A DNA stretch of 64,000 bases from Octopus vulgaris (GCA_951406725.2 OX597834.1:17174001-17238000), one strand, 5' to 3'. Counted from the stretch's first letter, positions 51,393 to 62,700 are shown. The notes: generated by a model not told the origin, from the sequence alone. Program-made: numbers and translations.

Positions 51393-53160
51393 CCATACCA
51401 GTGCCCCATAAAGAACACCCATGCCAGTGCTATGTTCAGAGCACCTGTGCTGGTGTCATGTACAAAGCATCTGTGCCAGTGCCTCGTAAAGAGTATCTAC
51501 CCCAGTGCCACGTTAAGGGCACCCATGCCGGCACTATGCAAGAGGCACCTGTACTGGCATCACATAAAGGGCACCCAGTATACTCTGTAAAGTGGTTGGC
51601 ACTGGAAAGGGAATCCAGCTGTAGAAACCATGCCAAAACAGACAACTGGGGCCTGGTACAGCTTTCCAGCTCCAGTCAAACCGTCCAGCACATGGGATTC
51701 TGACTTCTGAAATATTTAAACTTTTAAGTAGCAATCAATCTAAATTTTTTATTATTTTTTTTAAAGTGAGCTGAAAAGAAGCATAATTCAGTGTTTGTAG
51801 CCTAACCTGGCAACCCTACTGATTAAGACTATTATGTATATGTATATATATGTATATATATATTACAACAAGAACAACTTGTTTTACAACAACCACATAT
51901 AACACTGGTTTTAGAAGAAAGATGAGGAGCTTCTAATATAAACGTTTCAGTTTGTAAAACAATAGAAAATAATTAAAATGGGAAATTTGACCTGTTTATT
52001 TATATTCTGTATGTATATATATGTATATATATGCATAGATTTGCCCAAGCTGTTACCCAGCAGGACTGAACCTAGTACCAAGTGGTTGGGAAGGAAATAG
52101 CTTAACTCCTGGATGACCAAAAAAACGTTTCCTTCCCAACTGTACGGTTTCTTTTTCAGGCCCTCTGTGTGGCTTCTTGAGCAAAAGTCTTCTAGTTCAG
52201 CCCAAGGCTGGACAAAGCATTGTGAGTAGAATTGATAAAATGGAAATTAAAACAAGCATGCAATTAAAACACGTGTGTGTGTGTGTATATCTTTTTATCT
52301 TGACTGCACATGGTTGTTGTAAACAAGCGCCACCATCATATAAACAATATCATTTGTTTCCAGCTATCCTGTCATGGGGAAATATTTCCTTGCTTCCAAA
52401 CAGGTGAGGGTTGATAACAGGAAAGGCACCCCAGCTGTATAAAATCGGCCTCACTGAATTCCATCTGACCCATGCAAGCATTGCAAAGTGAACATTAAAA
52501 CGATTATGATTATAATGATCACGATGACGAGAGGATGTTAAATATAAACAAATGCAAATATTTTCATTTCATTTGACTGTTGGTATTTCTTGAGTAGATC
52601 TGACGGAAGCATTCATGTGATAGGATCTTTCTTAGTTTTTGACCTCTTACGAATCATCATACTTGAAGCTCATGAGTCAATTCTTTGCAGCATGCATTAA
52701 AGGCGACTACATCAATCTATTTGAGAGTTTTTCTTCTTTCTGTTTACCATGAAATCCACTTTAGAGTAACTATATCCAATCCCCTCTTTGTGTATAGTAG
52801 AATACATTGAAAATAGCCCAGACCGAACTTCTGCATTATGCTATCTTTGAATATTCTGTGCTCCACTCCCGCCCTATCTTCATCACCACTGTAACTTAGA
52901 GAAAACTGGCATTTTTGTGTGAGAACTAATATGGGTGTTGCCGACTGCATTAAAGAATGAGCATAAAATAAACTGATAAATGTTTGGCATGGAAAAATAG
53001 CTATATAAGTTAGCATTATGTAATATGTTTTACTAGAGCTGGGGTTTTATTTTTTTTAATGAAATTTTATTTCTTAATACTAAATTTATATTGATGATAT
53101 ATACACACACACACACACATCTCTTGTGTCTATATATACATACGCTTTTATCTCTCTCTC

Positions 53161-53193
<33 letters not shown>

Positions 53194-53275
53194 ATGCGTA
53201 TCAATAGAAATTTGGTATTAAAAAATTGATTTCATAAATATACACGTTTCTGTATACATACATATATATGTATGT

Positions 53276-53676
53276 AGGCGCAGGAGTGGCTGTGTGGTAA
53301 GTAGCTTGCTAACCAAACACATGGTTGCGGGTTCAGTCCCACTGCGTGGCATCTTGGGCAAGTGTCTTCTGCTATAGCCCCGGGCCGACCAAAGCCTTGT
53401 GAGTGGATTTGGTAGACGGAAACTGAAAGAAGCCTGTCGTATAAATGTATATATATATATATATATATATGTGTGTTTGTGTGTCTGTGTTTGTCCCCCC
53501 TAGCATTGCTTGACAACCAATACTGGTGTGTTTATGTCCCCGTCACTTAGCGGTTCGGCAAAAGAGACCGATAGAATAAGTACTGGGCTTACAAAGAATA
53601 AGTCCCGGGTCGATTTGATTGACTAAAGGCGGTGCTCCAGCATGGCCGCAGTCAAATGACTGAAACAAATAAAAGA

Positions 53677-53677
<1 letters not shown>
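53276..53677 (+). mobile_element. Young full-length family-A tRNA-derived SINE
   Basis: aggcgcaggagtggctgtgtggtaag (A-box-like)...gggttcagtccc (B-box-like)...cttgggcaagtg (CORE-like start), internal (TA)/(TG) tract, 3' end ggccgcagtcaaatgactgaaacaa. Confidence 0.9.
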
Positions 53678-53707
<30 letters not shown>

Positions 53708-54070
53708 ATTGTTTTAATGTGCACTTTTCCATGGGTCTGGTAAAATTTGTTTTGCTGAGGTAGATTTTCTATGGCCTGATGCCCTTCATGTTGACAACCC
53801 TCGCCTGTTTTCGAGCAACTTAGAATTTTACTACGATGAGATATTTTCATTTAAAATTGGAATCAATGCCACTACTTCTAACACAGTGGCACCCACAACT
53901 ACCATGCAATATCTAGACAGAGACACAAACACACACACACACTTCCCAGTCACATGGTTTCATATTTAGTCTCGCTCCATAGCACTTTAGTCAAGTGGTT
54001 TTTACTATAACCATGTGATGTATTTGATGTCTTGTGAGTGGATTTGGTAGACAGACCGAAAGAAGTCTGT

Positions 54071-54109
<39 letters not shown>

Positions 54110-54611
54110 TTATATACACACACACACACATATATATATATACACACATATATATACACAACATATATATATACACACACATAATTTCAGAATTCCATTT
54201 CAAAATTACAACTATTAGTGGTTTGGAGTTTAGCTGCTCTTTCTAGTGAGTCGGATGTCCTATTATGGCCATCCCTTATATGTTTGAATGTATATACACA
54301 CATATATATATATATACACATATATATCGTCAGTATGTAAATATGTCAAACCTCGGCTATGTCTGCTCCAATAATCAGCAGTGACTTGGTCAGTGAATTC
54401 TCTGGAGTCGTTGACATTTGACAAGATGGGCTGCTACAGATCACGCTATCCCAATGTGTGTATGCATGTGACTGGGGACCACACCTTGTATTTCCACTGA
54501 AACTCCAAATATGAGCTCTATGCCTCAACAGCAAACGATGACTATGGTTACAGCATCTGTGCTGTCCGACATGCTGGCTCTCCCAGTGGGGACAGCCTCG
54601 ATTGTGGCTGA

Positions 54612-54772
54612 CTGAGTTCAAATTCCGCCGAGGTCGACTTTGCCTTTCATCCTTTCGGGGTCGATTAAATAAGTACCAGTTACGCACTGGGGTCGATATA
54701 ATCGACTTTATCCGTTTGTCTGTCCTTGTTTGTCCCCTCTGTGATTAGCCCCTTGTGGGTAGCAAAGAAATA
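54612..54772 (+). mobile_element. 5'-truncated young family-B SINE with 12-bp TSD
   Basis: TSD gattgtggctga at 54600-54611 and 54773-54784. Confidence 0.9.
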
Positions 54773-54943
54773 GATTGTGGCTGATTGTTGGATGTCAGCA
54801 TTCGTGAGGGATGTATTGTTGATCAGAGCTGGCTCAACCAACCTTGGGTGAATGCCACCACACGTACAAGTAGTAAGTACATAGGTGTGTGTATGTTTGT
54901 GTGAGTGAGCTTGTATTTCCCTTCACGTTCACATATGTTTACT

Positions 54944-55353
54944 AGGCGCAGGAGTGGCTGTGTGGTAAGTAGCTTGCTAACCAACCACATGGTTCCAGGT
55001 TCAGTCCCACTGCGTGGCATCTTGGGCAAGTGTCTTCTGCTATAGCCCCGGGCCGACCAATGCCTTGTGAGTGGATTTGGTAGACGGAAACTGAAAGAAG
55101 CCTGTCGTATATATGAATATATATATATGTGTGTGTATGTGTTTGTGTGTCTGTGTTTGTCCCCCTAGCATTGCTTGACAACCGATGCTGGTGTGTTTAT
55201 GTCCCCGTCACTTAGCGGTTCGGCAAAAAGATACCAATAGAATAAGTACTGGGCTTACAAAGAATAAGTCCCGGGTCGATTTGCTCGACTAAAGGCGGTG
55301 CTCCAGCATGGCCACAGTCAAATGACTGAAACAAGTAAAAGAGAAAAAGAGAG
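54944..55353 (+). mobile_element. Young full-length family-A SINE
   Basis: Near-identical to 53276-53677. Confidence 0.9.
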
Positions 55354-55715
55354 AGTTGTAAACAATGGTCTCACTAATGGTTGTTTGTTTGCTGTCCACT
55401 ATGTCTGGACTTCTTGACGAAGACGTGCAGTCTTTGTGTAAATAAAAGCCATATTCAAATACTGTTGTTTGTTGCCAGTTCTCTGCATAACAGGGTTGTC
55501 TACAGTTATATCTTGGCATACTAACAATGTCATTTGGTATACTTATTTTTCTCTTTTTAGACCTTAGGGTTATAGATAAACTGAGTTTCTTTTTGATTAC
55601 TCTCTTTTTATTTAATCCAGATATTTTAACGTAAGAATATTATTACATAGACAAACAGCTGTTAAAGGGAGTGAGTATTTAAGGATTCAGCCTCGTTGAC
55701 TAAGACACATTGAAA

Positions 55716-55917
55716 CAGTGGCTTTCAACCAGGGTTCCGCCAGTACAGTCCAGGGGTTCCGCAAGAAGTTACAAAAATGCTAAAAATCGACAGTAATTTT
55801 TAATTCTCCTGTGCAGATATGTCTGCATAGGACAATTAAATTATTGCATAGGGGTTCCTCGAGCCAGTGAAATGTTTTCTTGGGGTTCCGCTCCAGCAAA
55901 AAGGTTGAAAAGCACTG
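55716..55917. mobile_element. hAT (Charlie-like) MITE, 202 bp
   Basis: TIRs cagtggctttcaacc / ggttgaaaagcactg; imperfect 8-bp TSD cattgaaa/cattaaag. An empty site (gacacattaaagtaatg) is present in the paralogous copy near 59693-59709. Confidence 0.85.
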
Positions 55918-56655
55918 CATTAAAGTAATGAGTATGATCTAAAGGTGCGGGTGATATGAAGTACAAATGAGGTTAGTGACTGAAGCTCCTTAAAAGCACT
56001 GAGATTACTTACTCACTTGGGATCAAGTAGTGGTTGGTATCAGAAAGGGCATCTAGCTGTAGAACAGGTGTGTCCTGCTGTGCTCTCAATTGAGCCATGC
56101 ATGCATAAAAATGTAGACCCTTAAATAATGATGGTGACAAAACAATTTATTCAAAGAAAATTTACAACTTTTGTACTTGGTTTATATGTATTTTTAAGAT
56201 GGTTTATAGTTGATAGCCCCAACCACTCATTTTTATTTCCCATACGTTCCTGTAGTTAAATGGGTTGCATATGTCTACAAATTCTCAACTACATTAATTT
56301 TTACAGGTAAATTTGCATTCCAATGTGTAAATTTTGGTTTTTACTTTTTGTCATTTCTGTTTTGATTTGATGATTTCAAAATAGAGCAAATCATTATTTA
56401 AGGGTCTACATTTTTATGCATGCATGGCTCAATTGAGAGCACAGCGGGGACACACCTGTTCTACAGCTAGATGCCCTTTCTGATACCAACCACCACTTGA
56501 TCCCAAGTGAGTAAATAATCTCAGTGTTTTTAAGGAGTCTCAGTCACTAACCTCATTTGTACTTCATATCACCCGCACCTTTAGATCATACTCATTACTT
56601 TAATGCAGTGCTTTTCAGCCTTTTTGCTGGAGCAGAACCCCAAGAACACATTTCA
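55868..56655. repeat. Long inverted repeat: arms ~55868-56132 and ~56390-56655, loop ~257 nt
   Basis: Right arm atcattatttaagggtctacatttttatgcatgcatggctcaattgagagcacagc...agaaccccaagaacacatttca is the reverse complement of the left arm with only scattered mismatches. Confidence 0.95.
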
Positions 56656-57256
56656 GCTGTAAGACATAGCTCATGGCTAGATTCTTAACCATTATCTTTG
56701 TAAATATCTCACAATAACCTATTTAGTGTTTGCTTCCTGTTTCCTTACAACTTTATCATTCTGTAACAGTATTGATTTTTAGCTTCACTATTATTTTCTA
56801 AGGTTTAAATTTTTAAACAGTTGTTGCATTGCCTAAATTATAGGTAAAGTTAAACTGATGGAATTTTGAAAAAAAAAAAAAAAAAAAATTATTATGCAAT
56901 GTTGTTTCATAACAGGGTTGTCATGACTACAGCGAGGATTTAGAAGTTCCTTTTTTTTTTTTTTCAGTTTCTGATAATCTCACCATTTGAGTTTCTCTAA
57001 ATTTTACTTGAGAATAATTCCATATTTCAGACTATTTGCAATCCTGTTTTTCATCTCTTGGTTGAAATAAAATTATTGCTTTTAATTTCAGATTCAATAT
57101 GAAACTGGCAGTCCTAATCTCCCTCATGAAGGTTTTTCCGATACACATGTTGGTGCCACTGGTTACAATGACAGTAAGTAAAAACCAATACTTTGGATTG
57201 TTTCTTACATGGTTTCACAGCATCATCTGGTACTGGGTGTCTCTAGTTAGAATTCA

Positions 57257-57664
57257 GGATCTTTTCGGTTTGAACGGCAGTTTTTTCTAGTGGTGTAATA
57301 TGAAATTGTCACCCATAATTATGACCCTAGTATCGATCTATTGCATTTCAATCTGTTTTATGGTTAGGGGTGGGGGGAAGGGTATCTTTTTTTCTTCACA
57401 AATCTAAATAAACCCAATCTGTTTCTTAAACGAGGGACATATTCATACGGCACAGAATGTTTTTTTACCTCAATGGACGTCAGTAATTGGTTGAAATTGC
57501 AGAAATTGAAGAAAAAAAACAACAAATAACTATAGAATTTTCTCAATAAAACCAAGAGAAAAAGATGTTTTATAAACACATTCTACCAGTATACAAAGTT
57601 TAAAATTTTTTAGTTACCTAGAAATTAAGTTAAAAACTGCCATTCAAACCGACCAAAAAGATCC
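57257..57664. mobile_element. Second copy of the Merlin-like MITE
   Basis: ggatcttttcggtttgaacggcagtttt...aaaagatcc; TSD agaattca at 57249-57256 and 57665-57672. Confidence 0.88.
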
Positions 57665-58119
57665 AGAATTCACTTTGTTGAACTCATTTATACCAGGTCT
57701 CTAACCTGAGGATAACTTCCTCCAGTCATGAAAGCCATAACAAATGTCAATGCTACTATGCACAGGCATAGCTGTGTGGTTAAGGAGTTCATTTTGCAAG
57801 CAATATCCTTTTTCTGGTAGCAGCGTGTCTATACCACTAATTGAATCTAACTTTCCAAGGACAAGTTCTAGTTGTATTGCAAGTGGTATAGTTTTCACTG
57901 TAAGCAGTGCGAACACTATTATATTGACAAATGTTAGTTGGTTTATTGTGTTTAATTCAGTTTCTCCTAGAAGTAGGGAAAACTGTCTGTGGTAGACTAG
58001 TTTATCAAAAGTAAACAATTATCTCAACTTAGCACTTGCCTGATGGATTGAGAAAAGTAAAAGAGTTATTCTCTTCAGTTATTACAGTTGTTGATTGATA
58101 GAGAATTTCCTTGCAGTAA

Positions 58120-58265
58120 ATAGGAAACTGTTGCCATGAGATAAGGGCCAAGCAACTGAGATTTCTTGGTCATGTGATGAGGAAAGAGGGCCTGGAGGAT
58201 TTGGTGATGACTGGAAAGCTTGGAGGGAAAAGAAGCGGAGGAAGGAGAAGGATGATATGGATGTC
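58120..58265 (+). mobile_element. RTE-clade LINE ORF2 C-terminal fragment
   Basis: The + strand reads IRAKQLRFLGHVMRKEGLEDLVMTGKLGGKRSGGRRRMIWM from 58141. Confidence 0.8.
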
Positions 58266-59487
58266 AAAGTTGAATTGAAGTTGAAAGGTAGAAATGTGTA
58301 GGATCTTTAAAAGTTGCTGATAGAAACTTAAAAAATTAAATTATAAAATTGGTATAGTGTAGAATTAGCGGCCAAGTGGTGTGCTTTCACTTGAAAGCAA
58401 AGCTGCAAGTTTGTTGATAGGCTGAGAAAAATATGAGAGATTTCAGTTCTTTGTAGATTCTTAGGATAAAATTTGAACTGGAAGTTGATTAACCATTTTG
58501 CAGGCTTCAGACAAAAATTCTCTTTGAACGGTTTCTCACTCACTCTCTCTCTCTCTCTCTCCTACTATTGCTCACTTGTTCTCTATCTCTCTTTCTCTCT
58601 CATTTTCTCTCTCCTATTTTTGCTCACTTGTTCGCGCCTTTCTCTCTCTCACTCTCCATCATTTTCACTTATTCATTCTCTCTCTCTATCTTAAACGCAC
58701 ACTCAGTATCATTCTTGTTAAGTATGGTACTTGGTTTCTTCATTAGTGCTCCATAAACTGGGATTATTTGAAGATACTAATTGGTAAATGTATTACCATT
58801 ACTGGCTTGTTAGTAGGAAATCCCCTACTATGTAGGAGGATGGAAGCTATTTGACGGCTCATCACTTAATGATGCTTTTGTATTACATTCTATTTCCTAT
58901 CCATTATGACAAGCTTTTATTCAAATGACATCCTTTGGAAAGGCCTTAATTAATGTTTACGTTTAAATCAAGGACTGTGTGGAACATTACCTGAGACAGA
59001 TTGTATTACTCACCTCTGCATACAACACAGAGGTCTCAACTATTTCAATATCAGTAATTAATTTTGTGTTGTCCTTAAGGCAAGTGGGTTATACTGGTTT
59101 CCCCTGTAGAAGAAAATACAAATAAAAACCGTAAAATAAAACTCAAAGCTATCACTTGTAAGTGAACATAACATGGTAGTGTGTAACACACTTTTGCTGA
59201 CTGGTTTTAGGTGCCAGTGTAGTCAGTCACAAACAGACCTTGAAAATACATCATTCAAACTGTATTTAATACCTGACCATCCTGTATATGTGCTATTGTC
59301 TCCTTGCTTTGGCTTCATGTGATGGTTGTAAACGAGTACCTGTCTTGTAGACAGTATCCTTCATTTCCAATTCTTCATGAAAAAAATGTCTAGTTACAGG
59401 GAAACATGACTCAAAGAAACCATCAGAGAGATAGTCACACAGCATAGGTCTCCAATATAGAAACAAACTTCACCCTACAGCTGTGCC

Positions 59488-59780
59488 TACAGTTACATCT
59501 TGGCATACTAACATTGTCATTTGGTATACTTAAATTTTTCTCTTTTTAAATCTTAGGGTTGTATATAAACTGTGAGCTTTTTTAATTACTTTTCTTTTTA
59601 TTTAATCGAAATATTTTAATGTAAGAATATTATTACGTAGACAATCAGCTGTTAAGTGAGAGAGTATTTAATGATTCAGCCTCGTTGACTAAGACACATT
59701 AAAGTAATGAGTATGATCTAAATGTGCGGGTGGTATGAAGTACAGTTGAGGTTAGTGACTGAAGCTCCTTAAAAACACTT
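59488..59780 (+). repeat. Direct paralog of ~55500-56000 lacking the hAT MITE
   Basis: tacagttacatcttggcatactaacattgtcatttggtatac...ctcgttgactaagacacattaaagtaatgagtatgatcta...gaagctccttaaaa aligns with 55501-55710 plus 55918-55995. Confidence 0.9.
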
Positions 59781-60150
59781 AGCATTTTGCCTCTTAATTA
59801 CCTCTTTGTGTGTGTGAATTTAAATGTATTTTGTGTTGTGTATGTGTGTATATCAATCAGTACTTAGACCTTTTTATTTTATGGTATTTTCTGTTATTTG
59901 TCACTCAACCACATGGTTCCGGGTTCAGTCCTCATGGCATCTGTTTAATACTGGCAGTGTTTAATAGTGAGTGTTCAAAGTGCTGTTATAGCCATTTCCT
60001 TCAATCCAGAATGACAAAAGTTGGCAGGTCAGCTTTTTAGATGTATAGTAATGATATACTAAGATTACAATAACCTAAGGCAGTCATAACTGCCTCTCCT
60101 AAAAAAAGTTCAAAGCTTTTGGAATGCATCTCATATGTACAATTTATATA

Positions 60151-60649
60151 TCGTAAATCCTCGAGTATAATCTGCACTTTTTTCCCAAAATTTCAAGGTC
60201 AAAATCCCTAGTGAGTACTATATATGAGGTTAAAAATGAAAAATATTTTCTAAGCAATGTCCGAGTCTCTGTTTGCTGTCCGGCAATGTTTATTCAGACG
60301 CATTTTGTGATGTCGGGTGCAAAAATACCTTAAGCTAAGCCTGAAAACAATGAAGTCATAAAAGAATCATCCATAACTTGCAGTAAGCAACATTTATTAA
60401 AATAAAAGTATTCAGAACACAGAATAACGTATAACAAAAACAATTTGCAAACATATTTACATTCCCATTATTGTATTACGCATGCGTGGAAGTGTTTGTT
60501 CGACTAGGTGCTGCTGGCTTAATCGCACACGACTCAAGTTAGAGAAGTGGTGCATATTATACACAAAGTTGAGGTTTTTCAGAGGTACAGCCCCCTAAAA
60601 ATCCCCTGCGTATTATACTCAAGGGCGGACTATACTCGAGGATTTACAG
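60151..60649. mobile_element. Tc1/mariner-superfamily (pogo/Tc2-like) non-autonomous element
   Basis: TIRs tcgtaaatcctcgagtata / tatactcgaggatttacag, flanked by TA at 60149-60150 and 60650-60651. Confidence 0.82.
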
Positions 60650-60930
60650 TATTCATATATACACATGTACACACAAACAAAGTAGGCTTCTTTCAGTGTC
60701 ACTCACTAAGGTTTGATTAGCTTGAGGCTAAAGGAGAAGATACTTGCCCAAGGTGCCACACAGTGGGATTGAGTCCAGGACCATACAGTTGGGAAACACA
60801 CTTCTTGACCACATAGCCACACCTGTACCTATTATTCGTTAATGACTTGTATGAGTCTCAAAATTTGTGTATGAACTTTTATTCATCTTCCCATCTATTT
60901 TCACCATTTCTTGTTATTCTCTGTTAACAG

Positions 60931-61130
60931 ATTCTCCTACTCAGCGTCGGAGATTGTCTTCAGATCTGGAATCTGCCCGTCCGTCGTCTCTGGGAGAGGA
61001 GGAGCTGCAACTTCAGTTAGCATTAGCTATGAGTAAAGAAGAACACGAAGAAGAACTTAAAAAACAGAAAAACGATGACATCAAACTGGCTATGGCAATA
61101 GAACAAAGTAAACAAGACAACAGTGATGAG
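60931..61130 (+). CDS. EPN2: Epsin exon with two ubiquitin-interacting motifs (UIMs)
   Basis: Encodes (D)SPTQRRRLSSDLESARPSSLGEEELQLQLALAMSKEEHEEELKKQKNDDIKLAMAIEQSKQDNSDE. ARP-x-x-x-GEEELQLQLALAMSKEE is the canonical epsin UIM1 and DDIKLAMAIEQS is UIM2. Acceptor ttctctgttaacag (phase 1); donor GAG|gtttgt (phase 0); 200 nt. Confidence 0.95.
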
Positions 61131-61199
61131 GTTTGTTGGGTTTTTCCAACTGGACTCATTGGTTCAGTATAATTTTTGTTTTTCAGTATTGTATTTTCA

Positions 61200-61600
61200 T
61201 TTCTTTTACTCGTTTCACTCATTAGACTGCGGCCATGCTGGGGCACTGCCTCAAAAGGTTTAGTTGGACAAATCGACCCCCACCCCCACCAGTACTTATT
61301 TTCATTTTTTAAAAACCTGGTACTTATTCTACCGTACCCTTTTTGCTGAACCACTAAGTTACGGGGACGTAAACAAACCAGCACTAGTTGTCAAGCGGTG
61401 TGTGTGGGGGGGCAGTTACAAGCACACAACAAAGACACACACACAGGTATCTGCAGATGTATATACAAAGTGCTACTTTCAGTTTCCATTTAACAAATCC
61501 AGGTCAGCCTGGAGCAATAGCAGAAGACACTTACTTGCGGTGCCACGCAGTGAGACTGAACTCAGGATCATGTGGTTAGGAAGCAAGGTTCTTAATACAC
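61200..61600 (-). mobile_element. Family-A SINE (older copy) just downstream of the UIM exon
   Basis: actgcggccatgctggggcac...gtgccacgcagtgagactgaac similarity to family A. Confidence 0.8.
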
Positions 61601-61628
61601 AGGCAAGTGTTGGAATAGATATTTTTAC

Positions 61629-61866
61629 GTGCCACCGGCACAGGTGCCAGACGAGGCTGTTTGCCAGCCTCGTCTGGCACCTGTGCTGGTGGCACCTAAA
61701 AGGCACCCACTACACTCATGGAGTGGTTGGCATTAGGAAGGGCATCCAGCCGTAGAAACATTGCCAGATCTGACTGGGCCTGGTGCAGCCTTCGGGCTCC
61801 CCAGACCCCAGTTGAACCGTCCAACCCATGCCAGCATGGAAAGCGGACACTAAACGATGATGATGA
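61629..61866 (+). mobile_element. Family-D copy with a 5' fold-back (31-bp stem, 5-nt loop at 61629-61695)
   Basis: gtgccaccggcacaggtgccagacgaggctg TTTGC cagcctcgtctggcacctgtgctggtggcac, then the family-D body ending in an (ATG)n tail. Confidence 0.88.
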
Positions 61867-62492
61867 TTTCTTTTGAGAACAGGGCTGTTCTGCATCCATT
61901 TTCCTTTCCCGTGTGAGCAACACTGGAATAGTTCTGTTGGGGTCATTTCTACAGCTGAATGTGCTGTCTTAGTCATATAAACCTACTGTCAGCATCACCA
62001 CCGTTGTTTTACTGCCTACTTTTCCCTTCTTTCGTGGATCATACAGGGTTTATTGATGCAGAGCTTTTATAATGACTGGATGCCCTTTGTTGCCAAGCCT
62101 TACCTTTTTCCAGGCAAACTAATACTTCCCCATGGCCAGACATGTTTTCACAGAGTATTGGTAGTGAATGACATTGCTTTTATGATGGTGACACTCATTT
62201 ACGACTACCACACAATGTCAAGACAAGAAGACCCAAACACACACACACACCAATATATAGACACTCACATCACATACATGTGCACATACACATATGTGAT
62301 AGACTTCCTTCAGTTTCTGTCTACTATATTCACTTACAAGGCTCTTAGGTCTGTAGTAGAAGATCCCCAAGGTTCCACACAGTAAAACTGAACTCAAGAC
62401 TACATGGTTTGGAACCAGGCTTCTTGACCACAATGAGAATAACATCTTTCAGCAGAGTTCACTCAGATTTGGATTCTTTTCTCTTCTCTACA

Positions 62493-62574
62493 ATGGAGTA
62501 TGGGTCTTCTTGAATTCACTATGGAGTACAGGTCATCTCGAGTGTGCTATGGAGTGTGGGTCTTCTTGAGTATA
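62493..62574 (+). repeat. 28-bp tandem repeat, 3 copies
   Basis: atggagtatgggtcttcttgaattcact / atggagtacaggtcatctcgagtgtgct / atggagtgtgggtcttcttgagtata. Confidence 0.75.
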
Positions 62575-62700
62575 ATGGTTTTATTTTGAATGTTGAACCT
62601 TATCATCAAAAAAAGAAGTTCAGGTTCCCTCTTGTCATGCGTTAAACTTGAAAATTTCTTGAAAAATATTTTAGTCCAATAGAAAAAATAAATAAATTGT

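Noticed and set aside
60867-60930. N-terminal part of ORF 60867..61172, and similarly the 63665-63783 tail of ORF 63346..63783
   Set aside because: These are polypyrimidine tract or intron sequence outside the splice sites.
5273-60931. Direct splicing of the ENTH exon to the UIM exon as one 55.6-kb intron
   Set aside because: A phase 0 donor joined to a phase 1 acceptor frameshifts, so an intervening 3n+1 exon is needed.
62493-62574. Short repeat arrays (also 24353-24452 and the family-D internal units) as a possible CRISPR array
   Set aside because: The units are adjacent and degenerate with no unique spacers, there are no cas genes, and the context is a eukaryotic intron.
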